Shown here in pieces: positions 7,845 to 16,760 of a DNA stretch of 40,112 nt. Location: NCBI GenBank assembly GCA_045629765.1, contig JAZQRW010000159.1, positions 1-40,112 on the forward strand, in the 5' to 3' direction. Within the stretch, counting starts at the first letter, position 1. Each line of letters starts with the position of its first letter. A program made the position numbers and the translations under genes. Under the pieces are notes generated by a model, which ran no database searches, was not told where the DNA came from, and was given only the letters and a program-made list of their open reading frames with translations. This DNA comes from Eubacteriales bacterium (GTDB taxonomy: Bacteria > Bacillota > Clostridia > Oscillospirales > CAG-272).

Positions 7845-8939
7845 TCAAAGCTTCATATTTTCTCTTGCAAAGCGCTTCATAAAGTCAACCAGCCTCTCTA
7901 CTCCATCGTAAGGCATAGAATTGTAAAGAGAAGCGCAAAGTCCACCAACCGAGGCGTGACCGGTAAGGTTTATCAGGCCCTCCTCTGCCGCCTGCTTGCA
8001 GAAGAGTCTATCAAGCTCGGCATCACCCGTAAAGAACAAAACGTTAGTCATTGAACGGCAGCTTCTGTCTACGGGTGCAGTATAGTATTTCTGAGAGTCA
8101 AGGTAATCGTATAAAAGGCTCGCCTTTCTCTCGTTTCTCCTCTTCATCTCGTCAAGTCCGCCCAATGATAAGAGCCACTCAAACATAAGCTTAGCAATGT
8201 AAATACTCCACACGGGTGGGGTGTTATACGTCGATTTACCGTCAACAAGCACCTTGTAGTTAAGCATATCCGGCGCGTCGGCACGGCATCCGCCTATTAT
8301 ATCCTCGCGAATGATTACAACCGTCAAGCCGGCTATTGAAATATTCTTCTGCGCAGAGGCATAAATAAGCGCAAACTTTGACACGTCAAATGGCTCGGAG
8401 AGAATACACGATGACATATCGGCTACAAGCGGAATACTGCCGGTGTCGGGTATTGAATTAAACTTCGTACCGTAAATTGTGTTGTTATAGCAGATATGCA
8501 CGTAGTCAGCGTCGGGCCTAAAATGACTGCTCTTGATCTCGGGAACTGTCGAGAACGTAGGACTCGCACCTGCAGACGATGCCGCAATGGCAATATCACC
8601 GTACTTCTTAGCCTCAAGATATGCGCGGCGTGAGTGCTGTCCCGAAATAATATAGTCGGCACATCTGTGCTCCGAGAGTAAATTCAAGGGAATAGTAGCA
8701 AACTGCGTAGTTGCTCCACCCTGTAAAAACAAAATTTTGTAATTGTCGGGAATTTGCATCAGCTCCTTTAAGCATGACTGCGCTCCCTCCAAAATCTCTT
8801 TAAATTCCGGGGAGTTGTGATTTATATCCATTAACGATATACCGCTATCGGAATACTCCACAAGTGCATTATTAAATTGTTGCATTACCTCATCGGGAAG
8901 CGACGAAGCAACGGCTGAAAAATTGTAAATCTTATTCAT
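7845..8939 (-). CDS. serC: 3-phosphoserine aminotransferase
   Basis: 364 aa. Has NHNSPEF, FLQGGATTQF and the PLP-lysine context SAQKNISIAGLTVVIIRED typical of SerC class V aminotransferases. Confidence 0.88.
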   Translation of the reverse strand: MNKIYNFSAVASSLPDEVMQQFNNALVEYSDSGISLMDINHNSPEFKEILEGAQSCLKELMQIPDNYKILFLQGGATTQFATIPLNLLSEHRCADYIISGQHSRRAYLEAKKYGDIAIAASSAGASPTFSTVPEIKSSHFRPDADYVHICYNNTIYGTKFNSIPDTGSIPLVADMSSCILSEPFDVSKFALIYASAQKNISIAGLTVVIIREDIIGGCRADAPDMLNYKVLVDGKSTYNTPPVWSIYIAKLMFEWLLSLGGLDEMKRRNERKASLLYDYLDSQKYYTAPVDRSCRSMTNVLFFTGDAELDRLFCKQAAEEGLINLTGHASVGGLCASLYNSMPYDGVERLVDFMKRFARENMKL

Positions 8940-8990
8940 AATTCAATCCTTTTCGGGACTTATAATCAGTCAAAATTTGAGTACGACTAT

Positions 8991-9019
8991 ATTTTATCAC
9001 AAATCGATAGAATGTGCAA
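8991..9019 (-). promoter_or_regulatory. Possible serC promoter
   Basis: Minus strand reads TTGCAC (9019-9014), a 17-nt spacer, then TGaTAAAAT with the hexamer at 8996-8991. The -35 element is weak. Confidence 0.35.
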
Positions 9020-9039
9020 GTCAATTTTAATAAAAGATA

Positions 9040-10374
9040 TTAGATGTGCTTTTTCGAGAAAATATTTTTCTTGCTCAACAGCAAAATTACAAACGCAAGA
9101 ATAGCAGTAAGGAGCATCGAAATCGGGTAATTCAACCACAATCCAGTCAATTCAAGAGATAGGAAAACCGGTATTAGCAAGAGTGGGAACACACACGCTG
9201 ATGCTACAGAGATTGCGGTAGCGCGTTTTGGCTTTTCCAGTGCCATAAAGAAGCACTGAATAGACATAACCAACCAACGTGAAAGGAAGGTCACAGAGCC
9301 AATCCGTATTGCAAAAACCGATAGCGGTAAAAGTGAAATGTCCTTAAGGTAAGGAATAGCAAGCGGCTCCGGTATAGCGAGCATGAGAACTCCGCCAACA
9401 GCGGAAATAGCAAGAGCCGTACCGAATACGTATTTCTCGAGTGCTACTACCCTATCATATCTGCCCGCACCGTAATTGTATCCTGCAGCAGGCTGAAGCG
9501 CGTCAACAACTCCGTACATCAATTGGTCGAAAATACTTATTACGGTCATGACGACAGTATAGACGGCAACGCCCTCCTCGCCACCAAAGCGAAGCAGGAA
9601 TACGTTCATCACTATAGAGAATATTCTGCCGGATATATTGGTAAGGAACGGTGAAAGTCCATTTTTAAGTATTTGACGCACCATACTCAATGAAATGTGC
9701 GGTTTTGTAAACTTAAGTTGCAATTTACCCGTAGAAAACCTGAGAGTGATAAATGCAATGCACAAAATCATCGCTATACTAGCCGCAAGCGCAGCGCCAA
9801 CCACGCCCCACTTAAATATAAGGATAAATATGGTTTCAAGCAAAATAGTGATACCGCTAAAGGCGATATTTACAATCATACTCGTCTTGGTTTTGCCGCT
9901 GATTCTAAGGTAATTGTCAAGCGAGAACATAAGCGGTGTAATAGGCGAGAATATAGCATAAGTTCTAAGATACCCTACACCGTATTCCAGCATCTCGCCC
10001 TCGGCTCCCATAAAGGACAAAAAATATGGAGAAAGCGTATAGATAAGCGCTCCGCTGAAAATGCCTGTGCCTATGGTAATCAAAATAGCGGACGTAAAAT
10101 AATTGTTCGCCTTATCGTTTTCGCCCTCACCAAGAAAAATAGCAATAGGCACGGAAGAGCCGACGCCAACAAGCTCGGCAAGTGCAAAATTCATAATCAA
10201 AACCGGGAATGCAAAGCCCAGTGCGGCAAATGCCGTAGTGCCTACGAACTTGCCAACGAAAATCGACTCGAATATCATAAATAAGGACGAGGCAAGCATA
10301 CTGATTGCACCGGGCACAGCGGCGCGGACGAAGAGTCGCGAGACCTTTGTGTTTAGAAACAATTTTTCACTCAT
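9040..10374 (-). CDS. MATE family multidrug/toxin efflux transporter
   Basis: 444 aa, about 12 predicted TM segments. The N-terminal pattern LFVRAAVPGAISMLASSLFMIFESIFVGKFVGTTAFAALG is typical of MATE/NorM-like proteins. It starts 19 nt downstream of xth and has its own GGAG RBS, so it is probably co-transcribed. Confidence 0.85.
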   Translation of the reverse strand: MSEKLFLNTKVSRLFVRAAVPGAISMLASSLFMIFESIFVGKFVGTTAFAALGFAFPVLIMNFALAELVGVGSSVPIAIFLGEGENDKANNYFTSAILITIGTGIFSGALIYTLSPYFLSFMGAEGEMLEYGVGYLRTYAIFSPITPLMFSLDNYLRISGKTKTSMIVNIAFSGITILLETIFILIFKWGVVGAALAASIAMILCIAFITLRFSTGKLQLKFTKPHISLSMVRQILKNGLSPFLTNISGRIFSIVMNVFLLRFGGEEGVAVYTVVMTVISIFDQLMYGVVDALQPAAGYNYGAGRYDRVVALEKYVFGTALAISAVGGVLMLAIPEPLAIPYLKDISLLPLSVFAIRIGSVTFLSRWLVMSIQCFFMALEKPKRATAISVASACVFPLLLIPVFLSLELTGLWLNYPISMLLTAILAFVILLLSKKNIFSKKHI

Positions 10375-10393
10375 TATCTACTCCAAAAAACAG

Positions 10394-11143
10394 TTAAAGC
10401 TCTATGCAAAGTTCAACAGGACAATGATCAGAGCCCATAATCTCGTTATGAATTTCAGCGCTCGTAATCTTATTCTTAAGGCTCTCCGATATAACGAAGT
10501 AGTCAATACGCCAGCCTGCGTTGTTCTCTCTTGCGCGGAACCTATAGCTCCACCAGGAGTATTTCACGCTATTGGGGTTCAAAAATCTATACGTATCGAT
10601 AAAGCCCGTGTTAAGTAATTCGGTAAATTTACCGCGTTCCTCATAGGAAAATCCTGCACAGCCGATGTTGCTCTTGGGATTCTTAAGGTCAATCTCATTA
10701 TGCGCTACGTTAAGGTCGCCGCAATAAATTACCCCCTTAACCGTGTCAAGCTTTTTTAGATATTTGCGCATATCGTCCTCAAACTCCATACGGTATTCAA
10801 TTCTTTTAAGTCCGTCCTGCGCATTAGGAACGTAAGCGCAAACGAGGTAAAAGTCGGAGTATTCAAGAGTTATTACTCTGCCCTCGTCAGTGTGCTTACC
10901 GTCCACGCCGTATGTGACGGATAGCGGCTCATGCTTTGTAAAAATTGCAGTGCCCGAGTAACCCTTCTTCTCAGCGCTGAACCAATACGAGTGGTATCCG
11001 TCGGGAGAAAAATCCGCCTGACCGGGTTGCATCTTGGTTTCCTGCAAGCAGAAAAAATCTGCGTCAAGTGAAGAGAAAATATCGGCAAAGCCCTTGCCAA
11101 GCACAGCACGGAAGCCGTTAACATTCCAAGAAATAAACTTCAT
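10394..11143 (-). CDS. xth: Exodeoxyribonuclease III (AP endonuclease)
   Basis: 249 aa. Contains SWNVNGFRA, FCLQETK, GDLNVAHNEIDL and SDHCPVEL, the ExoIII/APE1 family motifs. Confidence 0.93.
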   Translation of the reverse strand: MKFISWNVNGFRAVLGKGFADIFSSLDADFFCLQETKMQPGQADFSPDGYHSYWFSAEKKGYSGTAIFTKHEPLSVTYGVDGKHTDEGRVITLEYSDFYLVCAYVPNAQDGLKRIEYRMEFEDDMRKYLKKLDTVKGVIYCGDLNVAHNEIDLKNPKSNIGCAGFSYEERGKFTELLNTGFIDTYRFLNPNSVKYSWWSYRFRARENNAGWRIDYFVISESLKNKITSAEIHNEIMGSDHCPVELCIEL

Positions 11144-11172
11144 AATTAACCTCTAAAAATATATTACATGAT

Positions 11173-11201
11173 ATTATAACATATCTTATGCATTTTTTCA
11201 A
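11173..11201 (-). promoter_or_regulatory. Putative sigma-A promoter of xth (and the MATE gene)
   Basis: Minus strand reads TTGAAA (11201-11196), a 17-nt spacer, then TATAAT (11178-11173). Confidence 0.6.
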
Positions 11202-11208
11202 GTCAGTG

Positions 11209-11237
11209 TAGACATTTATAGTATTTTATGGTATAAT
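11209..11237 (+). promoter_or_regulatory. Putative sigma-A promoter of the membrane-protein/trmO unit
   Basis: TAGACA (11209-11214), a 17-nt spacer, then TGgTATAAT with the hexamer at 11232-11237. It is divergent from the xth promoter. Confidence 0.6.
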
Positions 11238-11266
11238 GGAGAAAAAGCGGCAAAGGAGTGGTGAAA

Positions 11267-12604
11267 GTGAATTTAGAAAATAAATACGAATACCCTGCGT
11301 ACGTTATCCTTTTAAGAGGCGTCACTATCTTTGCATTTTTCTTAATAATCAAATTCATGTGTCTTTTCGCTTGCGTTCTGGCAAATTACAGCAGCGGATT
11401 TCCAACCTGGGTTCAACTGCTCCCATGCCTTATTGCATTGCCATTCATTTTCAACTCAATTCTATACGTAACGACCGTATACAACAAACATGAGAGAGAG
11501 CTGTTCTTAAGCTCCGGAGCTTCAAAGCCAACATTAAAATCCGAGCTTAAAAGCATACTCACGGACAAAAATTTTTGGATAGAATACGCGGTTTTATCAA
11601 CTTTAGTTGTCATAACCTCGCTATTAGGCGGATTTTTCGAGTTCGGACTGATAATTTTCCCTGAAGCTGTACAGAGCTTTCTTATCAGAAATCTATTTCC
11701 TATCCCCGTATTACTTATCCTATTTTTACTTATCTCGTTACATCGCAGATATGACGCTAAGCTCTATTGGTATCAGCTTCGAGCACGAGGGGATCTTACA
11801 AGACTTGAGAACACGGTTTTACTAATACCGAGAATTTTAGCAATCATATTCGGCTATCCGCTTCTATTCCCATCGATACTATATGCACTACTCGGCATAT
11901 TCTCGTTTGTAAACATCGTATTAGCTTTAGTCAACGTTATGACACTGCTCGGATTTGTTTTAGTAATTATAAGCATTATACTTTTCACTATGCTTATCCT
12001 GGCGCTGAATTCCATAGTCCTCCGTCACAAGCTCATAAAAAAGCTTAAGGCGGTGGCAAAATCATCGGGCTACAAGCTCTCGGAAATAAAGCGTCCCTAC
12101 GCCTCGATGTTCAGACCGCGCGAGGAATGCAACTTCACACTAGAGTATCAAGGAAAAGTATTTTCATGCCGACTTATCGGCTCGTGGTGGCAGCGCGCAC
12201 CCTTACATTTTATCTCTAAAAAGCACGCCATTTATCTACACAAGGTAGGCACAAGGACACATTTCTTCTCTTACGAATGTCACTTCAACTACGGCTTTGA
12301 GGGTGAAGGAGATAAGCTCCTTATAGTATGCCCAATGCCGAGGTGGCTCTTTGCCTCAGTTGACAATACGGATAAAATTATAACCCCCCAGGACATGAGC
12401 ACGAGCGCTATGATGGCGTCTTACCGCTACGGCGGCTCAATACGTCAGCATTCTTCCTTTGACATCTCCAAGCGCACGTCGGAATACTCACGCGCTCTTG
12501 AAGCAGGTGACAAAATCTGGGGATACGCTATCTACAACACCACCTCGTTTATATCGGCAATTGACCGTAAGTGTCTTGGAAGATATAACGGATTGTTTGA
12601 GTAA
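11267..12604 (+). CDS. Hypothetical polytopic membrane protein with a C-terminal soluble domain of about 190 aa
   Basis: The track ORF starts at 11258. The AGGAG RBS (11254-11258) overlaps that GTG, so the GTG at 11267 (8-nt spacing) is the likelier start. The N-terminal ~260 aa contain about 6-8 hydrophobic helices. The Cys/His/Trp-rich C-terminal part has no motif I recognise. Confidence 0.75.
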   Translation: MNLENKYEYPAYVILLRGVTIFAFFLIIKFMCLFACVLANYSSGFPTWVQLLPCLIALPFIFNSILYVTTVYNKHERELFLSSGASKPTLKSELKSILTDKNFWIEYAVLSTLVVITSLLGGFFEFGLIIFPEAVQSFLIRNLFPIPVLLILFLLISLHRRYDAKLYWYQLRARGDLTRLENTVLLIPRILAIIFGYPLLFPSILYALLGIFSFVNIVLALVNVMTLLGFVLVIISIILFTMLILALNSIVLRHKLIKKLKAVAKSSGYKLSEIKRPYASMFRPREECNFTLEYQGKVFSCRLIGSWWQRAPLHFISKKHAIYLHKVGTRTHFFSYECHFNYGFEGEGDKLLIVCPMPRWLFASVDNTDKIITPQDMSTSAMMASYRYGGSIRQHSSFDISKRTSEYSRALEAGDKIWGYAIYNTTSFISAIDRKCLGRYNGLFE

Positions 12605-12633
12605 GAACCACGCAATTAACAAGGACACGGAAA

Positions 12634-13302
12634 ATGAAAATTATTGCAAGAATTCACACTTCGTTTAATGAAAAATTCGGAATACCGCGTCAGAGCGGAA
12701 TTGTCGAGGGTACGATAGGCGAGATTGTATTCGAGCCAGAGTACAGAAACGAGCAGGCTCTGCGCGGAATTGAGGGCTACTCACACCTATGGTTAATATG
12801 GAAGTTCTCCGAGGCTGAGCGCGATGAATGGTCGCCAACCGTGCGTCCGCCCCGTCTTGGCGGTAACAAGAGAATTGGCGTGTTCGCGACACGTTCCCCC
12901 TTTAGACCTAACCCGATAGGACTCTCATCAGTAAAGCTTCTCAGCGTCAATCGCACCAAGGACGGTGTGACTCTGACAGTCAGCGGAATTGATATGCTTG
13001 ACGGCACACCAATATATGACATCAAGCCATACCTCGCATTTACCGACTCGCATCCCGATGCTGTCTGCGGATTTTCTGACGAGGTCAAGGACTACAAGGT
13101 CAAGGTCGATTTTCCCGAGAAACTACTTAAAAAAATAGATAAGAGTGACCGCGGGGCAATACTCGAAATCCTCGCGCAAGACCCTCGCCCGTCATACAAA
13201 AACGGCAAGGATCAAGACAACGAATACGGTATGTCATACGGAAAATACGAGATCAAGTTCAAGGCGTCGAGTGACACGCTAACCGTTACTGAGGTAAACT
13301 AA
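12634..13302 (+). CDS. trmO: tRNA (N6-threonylcarbamoyladenosine(37)-N6)-methyltransferase TrmO (TsaA/YaeB family)
   Basis: 222 aa. Contains FGIPRQSG, GYSHLWLIW and GVFATRSPFRPNPIGLS, hallmarks of the YaeB/TsaA fold. Confidence 0.88.
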   Translation: MKIIARIHTSFNEKFGIPRQSGIVEGTIGEIVFEPEYRNEQALRGIEGYSHLWLIWKFSEAERDEWSPTVRPPRLGGNKRIGVFATRSPFRPNPIGLSSVKLLSVNRTKDGVTLTVSGIDMLDGTPIYDIKPYLAFTDSHPDAVCGFSDEVKDYKVKVDFPEKLLKKIDKSDRGAILEILAQDPRPSYKNGKDQDNEYGMSYGKYEIKFKASSDTLTVTEVN

Positions 13303-13317
13303 AATTTACAAAAATAA

Positions 13318-13380
13318 TAAAAGAGAGAAGAAATCACACAGTTTAACCCCTAGGGCGTGTGAAATATTCTCTCTTTTTTA
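13318..13380. terminator. Bidirectional rho-independent terminator between convergent trmO and the small membrane gene
   Basis: Long imperfect hairpin AAAAGAGAGAA...TCACAC / GTGTGA...TTCTCTCTTTT with the palindrome CCCTAGGG at its tip. An A-run precedes it and a T-run follows. Confidence 0.65.
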
Positions 13381-13393
13381 ATTGTGTTATGAG

Positions 13394-13690
13394 TTAATAG
13401 TATCTAACGAAGAATATTTGAAACAAGCAAAACATACCGAATCCAAATTCAATCAATGAGAACACCAAAAGATTGAAGCTTACAAATCCTAGACCTTCCT
13501 TTTTAACAACTATGCTATCCAAAACCAGCGCTACAAGACCACACAGCGGCATTGAAAATATGAGTGCCAAAAGTGCAAGAATTGTAAGTCCCCAATTAAA
13601 CGTTAAAAGTTGAGTAGATACATAGCAAATCGTTATAATGACAAACGGCACCAAAAGATTTATAAACGATGCAATTTTCAGTTTCTTCAT
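13394..13690 (-). CDS. Small hypothetical membrane protein (98 aa, about 3 TM segments)
   Basis: The ORF has a hydrophobic profile and starts 23 nt downstream of the asnS stop. Its AT content is lower-complexity than the neighbours. No recognisable motif. Confidence 0.6.
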   Translation of the reverse strand: MKKLKIASFINLLVPFVIITICYVSTQLLTFNWGLTILALLALIFSMPLCGLVALVLDSIVVKKEGLGFVSFNLLVFSLIEFGFGMFCLFQIFFVRYY

Positions 13691-13713
13691 GCAATTTTCC
13701 TCTGATTAGGTAA

Positions 13714-15108
13714 TCAATACTCCGCGTTACCAACCGTTCTGGGATAAGGAATAACGTCGCGTATGTTGGAAACACCTGTAATGTACATAATGATACGCTC
13801 AAAGCCGAGACCGTAGCCTGCGTGCTTAGTGCCGCCGTACTTACGGAGGTTGAGATACCACCAGTAGTCCTCTTCGGAGAGGTTAAGCTCCTTCATACGC
13901 GCGGTAAGAACGTCAATACGCTCCTCACGCTGTGAGCCGCCGATGATTTCACCAACGCCGGGAACGAGAAGGTCCATAGCGGCAACGGTCTTGCCGTCAT
14001 CGTTAAGTCGCATATAGAACGCCTTGATATCCTTAGGATAGTCGATGAGGAATATGGGCTTCTTATAAACCTGCTCGGTGAGGTATCTCTCATGCTCGGT
14101 CTGTAAATCAACGCCCCAATATACAGGGTACTTGAAGTCAGCACCCGACTTTAAGAGCACGTCAATAGCCTCGGTATAGGTAACCTTAGCGTAATCTGCC
14201 TCGCGAAGTGCGGTAAGTCTATCAAGAAGAGTCTTATCAACGAACTGATTAAAGAAGTTAAGCTCCTCACGGCAATGCTCGAAGCAGTGGTTGATAATAT
14301 ACTTAATCATATCCCACGCAAGCTGCATATTGTCGTTAAGGTCGGCAAATGCAATCTCGGGCTCAATCATCCAGAACTCAGCCGCGTGACGAGCGGTGTT
14401 GGAATTCTCAGCACGGAACGTAGGACCAAAGGTATAGATGTTACCAAACGCCATAGCGTAGGTCTCACCCTCAAGCTGTCCGGATACGGTAAGGTTTGCA
14501 CTCTTGCCGAAGAAGTCCTTGCTGTAGTCAATCTTGCCGTCCTCAGTAAGAGGAGGATTCTGCGCATCAAGAGTGGTTACTCTGAACATCTCGCCTGCGC
14601 CCTCTGCGTCAGAGCAGGTGATGATGGGAGTATGCACGTAAACGAAGCCGCGCTGATTGAAGAAGGAGTGGATAGCGTAAGCAACCTCACTTCTCACTCT
14701 GAATACAGCTGAGAACAAGTTTGTTCTGGGTCTTAAATAAGCCTGCTCACGAAGATACTCAACAGTGTGGCGCTTGGGCTGAAGAGGATAGTCGGGAGTA
14801 GATGCGCCCTCAACCTCAACCTTTGTAGCCTTAAGCTCGAAGGGCTGCTTAGCGCCGGGGGTAACAACGAGAGTTCCCGTCACGACAAGCGCCGCGCCTA
14901 CGTTCTGTGAAGCAATCTCGTCGTAATTATCTATAATACCTCTTTCAAATACTACCTGTACGCTCTTAAAGTATGAGCCGTCATTGAGGTCGATAAAGCC
15001 AAACGCCTTAGAGTCGCGAAGGTTCCTAACCCAGCCGCCGACAGTAACAGTCTTTCCGTCATACTTAGCCACGTCAGCATAAATTTCTCTTAATAAATCT
15101 CTTTTCAT
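13714..15108 (-). CDS. asnS: Asparagine--tRNA ligase
   Basis: The track ORF extends to 15177, but the promoter lies inside that extension. Starting at the ATG at 15108 gives 464 aa beginning [13 protein letters not shown]. Contains [21 protein letters not shown] and GYGLGFERI (class II motifs 2 and 3, AsnRS-specific context). Confidence 0.93.
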   Translation of the reverse strand: MKRDLLREIYADVAKYDGKTVTVGGWVRNLRDSKAFGFIDLNDGSYFKSVQVVFERGIIDNYDEIASQNVGAALVVTGTLVVTPGAKQPFELKATKVEVEGASTPDYPLQPKRHTVEYLREQAYLRPRTNLFSAVFRVRSEVAYAIHSFFNQRGFVYVHTPIITCSDAEGAGEMFRVTTLDAQNPPLTEDGKIDYSKDFFGKSANLTVSGQLEGETYAMAFGNIYTFGPTFRAENSNTARHAAEFWMIEPEIAFADLNDNMQLAWDMIKYIINHCFEHCREELNFFNQFVDKTLLDRLTALREADYAKVTYTEAIDVLLKSGADFKYPVYWGVDLQTEHERYLTEQVYKKPIFLIDYPKDIKAFYMRLNDDGKTVAAMDLLVPGVGEIIGGSQREERIDVLTARMKELNLSEEDYWWYLNLRKYGGTKHAGYGLGFERIIMYITGVSNIRDVIPYPRTVGNAEY

Positions 15109-15148
15109 CTTAATTCCCTTTTCGAAAGTAAATTTATATATTAAAGTG

Positions 15149-15177
15149 ATTATAACATATAAAATACTCTTTTTCAA
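15149..15177 (-). promoter_or_regulatory. Putative sigma-A promoter of asnS
   Basis: Minus strand reads TTGAAA (15177-15172), a 17-nt spacer, then TATAAT (15154-15149). Confidence 0.6.
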
Positions 15178-15207
15178 TGGTTTTTTAAAAGTTTCTTAGT
15201 ATATTCC

Positions 15208-15236
15208 TTGACAAAGAGGCTCCAAGAGGGTAAAAT
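15208..15236 (+). promoter_or_regulatory. Putative sigma-A promoter of the membrane/membrane/M20 operon
   Basis: TTGACA (15208-15213), a 17-nt spacer, then TAAAAT (15231-15236). Confidence 0.6.
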
Positions 15237-15270
15237 AAACTTAACTTTAAAATAATTGGAGGAGAAAAGA

Positions 15271-16092
15271 ATGGAATTCAGCATAAATCATCCCATACTG
15301 TTCGTGCTGGTCGGTATTATTATCGCCATAGTCCTTGCTCAGTCGGTCTACTTTCTGATCAAGGCGTACAGACAGGCTAAGAAAATCGGTATGGATATGA
15401 CTAAAATCCATAAAACAATCAAGACCGCCGCAATTTTCACAATCGCACCCGCGGTATCAATCGTAATCACGGTTATCACATTATCGCAGTCGCTCGGTAT
15501 CGCTCTACCGTGGCTCAGGCTCTCGGTAGTTGGCTCACTCTCATACGAGGCGATTGCCGCCGCTAACGCCGCATCGGGCATGGGCACGACTCTTGCCGAG
15601 CTTGCAAAGTCAATGACGGCGTCACAGTACGTTACAATCGCTATCGTTATGACGATTTCGATAATGGTCGGCATCTGGCTCGTACCGGTTGTTTGCAAGA
15701 AGTATCAGAATGGCCTTGTAAGCTTTGAGAACAAGGACAAAAAATGGAGCGATATTCTTCAGAATTCACTCTTCGTCGGTATGATTTCCGCATTCGTCGG
15801 CTTCGTTTTCTGCGACGTATCAAGACTTTGGATGTCTGAGGGCGGAATATTTAAGGTCATAAGCCAAGACAATGTAACAGGCAAGGAAATTGTGACGAAG
15901 TACACATCAACCTCAGGTCTTGTGCCTGTATTCGTAATGCTCATCAGTGCTGTTGCTATGTGCGGCTGTGGAATTTTAATTAAGAAGCTTAAATGGAAGT
16001 GGGTAAACGACTACGCTCTTCCTATCTGTATGATTCTCGGAATGGTAATGGCTATTCCGCTCACCGCTTGGTTAGGAGGTGTAATTGAGTAA
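15271..16092 (+). CDS. Uncharacterised polytopic membrane protein (first gene of the M20 operon)
   Basis: The track start at 15256 is a TTG inside the GGAGGAG RBS (15258-15264). The ATG at 15271 gives MEFSINHPILFVLVGIIIAIV... There are about 6-7 hydrophobic helices. Its stop overlaps the next start in a TAATG. Confidence 0.8.
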   Translation: MEFSINHPILFVLVGIIIAIVLAQSVYFLIKAYRQAKKIGMDMTKIHKTIKTAAIFTIAPAVSIVITVITLSQSLGIALPWLRLSVVGSLSYEAIAAANAASGMGTTLAELAKSMTASQYVTIAIVMTISIMVGIWLVPVVCKKYQNGLVSFENKDKKWSDILQNSLFVGMISAFVGFVFCDVSRLWMSEGGIFKVISQDNVTGKEIVTKYTSTSGLVPVFVMLISAVAMCGCGILIKKLKWKWVNDYALPICMILGMVMAIPLTAWLGGVIE

Positions 16093-16760
16093 TGAAAGAT
16101 AAAAAACTAAGTTACATGGACAGCGTTCACAGGGACGGTAGAATATGGAATATTGGAGTTATGATAATTCTTCTGATGTTCCCCGTTGCAGTTGCGCTCA
16201 TATTCGGTGCTATGCCCGACTGGCTGGGCGTAGGCAAGGGTCTTATCGCCACAGCTCCTATGTATTGGGCAGTCGCAGTTGTTGAGGTAATCACCTTTAT
16301 CCCCATGCTCGGCGCAGGTGGCTCGTACCTCTCGTTCGTTACAGGAAATATCTCAAACCTTAAGCTCCCCTGCGCTATCAATGCGCTTGAGAATGCAGAG
16401 CTTGACCCCAAGAGTGAGGAGGGTGAGATTGTCTCGACAATCGCTATTGCAGTCTCCTCTATCGTAACAACGGTTATTATTGCCATTGGCGTGCTTCTTA
16501 TTATTCCGCTTGAGCCGATTTTATCAAACGAGGCGCTCACCCCCGCCTTTGACCAAATGCTCCCCGCCCTCTTCGGCGCACTCGGTGTAGCGCTCATCTC
16601 GAAGAACTGGAAGATTGCAATTGCGCCTATCGCTCTTATGCTCATACTCTTCGTATTTGTTCCCGCACTTAACGCAGGCACAGTAGGAATTATGGTTCCC
16701 GTAGGAGTTATCTTCACCATAGTAGTATCAAGAATTCTTTACAAGAAAGGAATGATATAA
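16092..16760 (+). CDS. Uncharacterised polytopic membrane protein (second gene of the M20 operon)
   Basis: 222 aa with about 6 hydrophobic helices. It has TAATG start/stop overlaps at both ends (16090-16094 and 16758-16762). Confidence 0.8.
   Translation: MKDKKLSYMDSVHRDGRIWNIGVMIILLMFPVAVALIFGAMPDWLGVGKGLIATAPMYWAVAVVEVITFIPMLGAGGSYLSFVTGNISNLKLPCAINALENAELDPKSEEGEIVSTIAIAVSSIVTTVIIAIGVLLIIPLEPILSNEALTPAFDQMLPALFGALGVALISKNWKIAIAPIALMLILFVFVPALNAGTVGIMVPVGVIFTIVVSRILYKKGMI

Noticed and set aside
15109-15177. N-terminal 23-codon extension of the asnS ORF in the track ([23 protein letters not shown]...)
   Set aside because: The extension contains the TTGAAA-17-TATAAT promoter. The homologous AsnRS sequence begins at the MKRDLL start (ATG at 15108) and gives the normal length of about 464 aa.
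15109-15255. T-box leader upstream of asnS
   Set aside because: Only about 40 nt lie between the predicted -10 and the start codon. There is no specifier hairpin, T-box consensus or terminator/antiterminator pair.
16127-16720. Long antisense ORFs inside real genes: 16127-16720 (-), 9697-10284 (+), 10103-10618 (+), 4200-4622 (+), 21547-21948 (-), 22399-22797 (-), 24293-24664 (-), 25890-26285 (-) and 266-544 (+)
   Set aside because: They lie fully within, and opposite to, genes with clear family motifs. They have low-complexity or Arg/Ser-rich compositions typical of shadow frames, with no RBS or promoter support.
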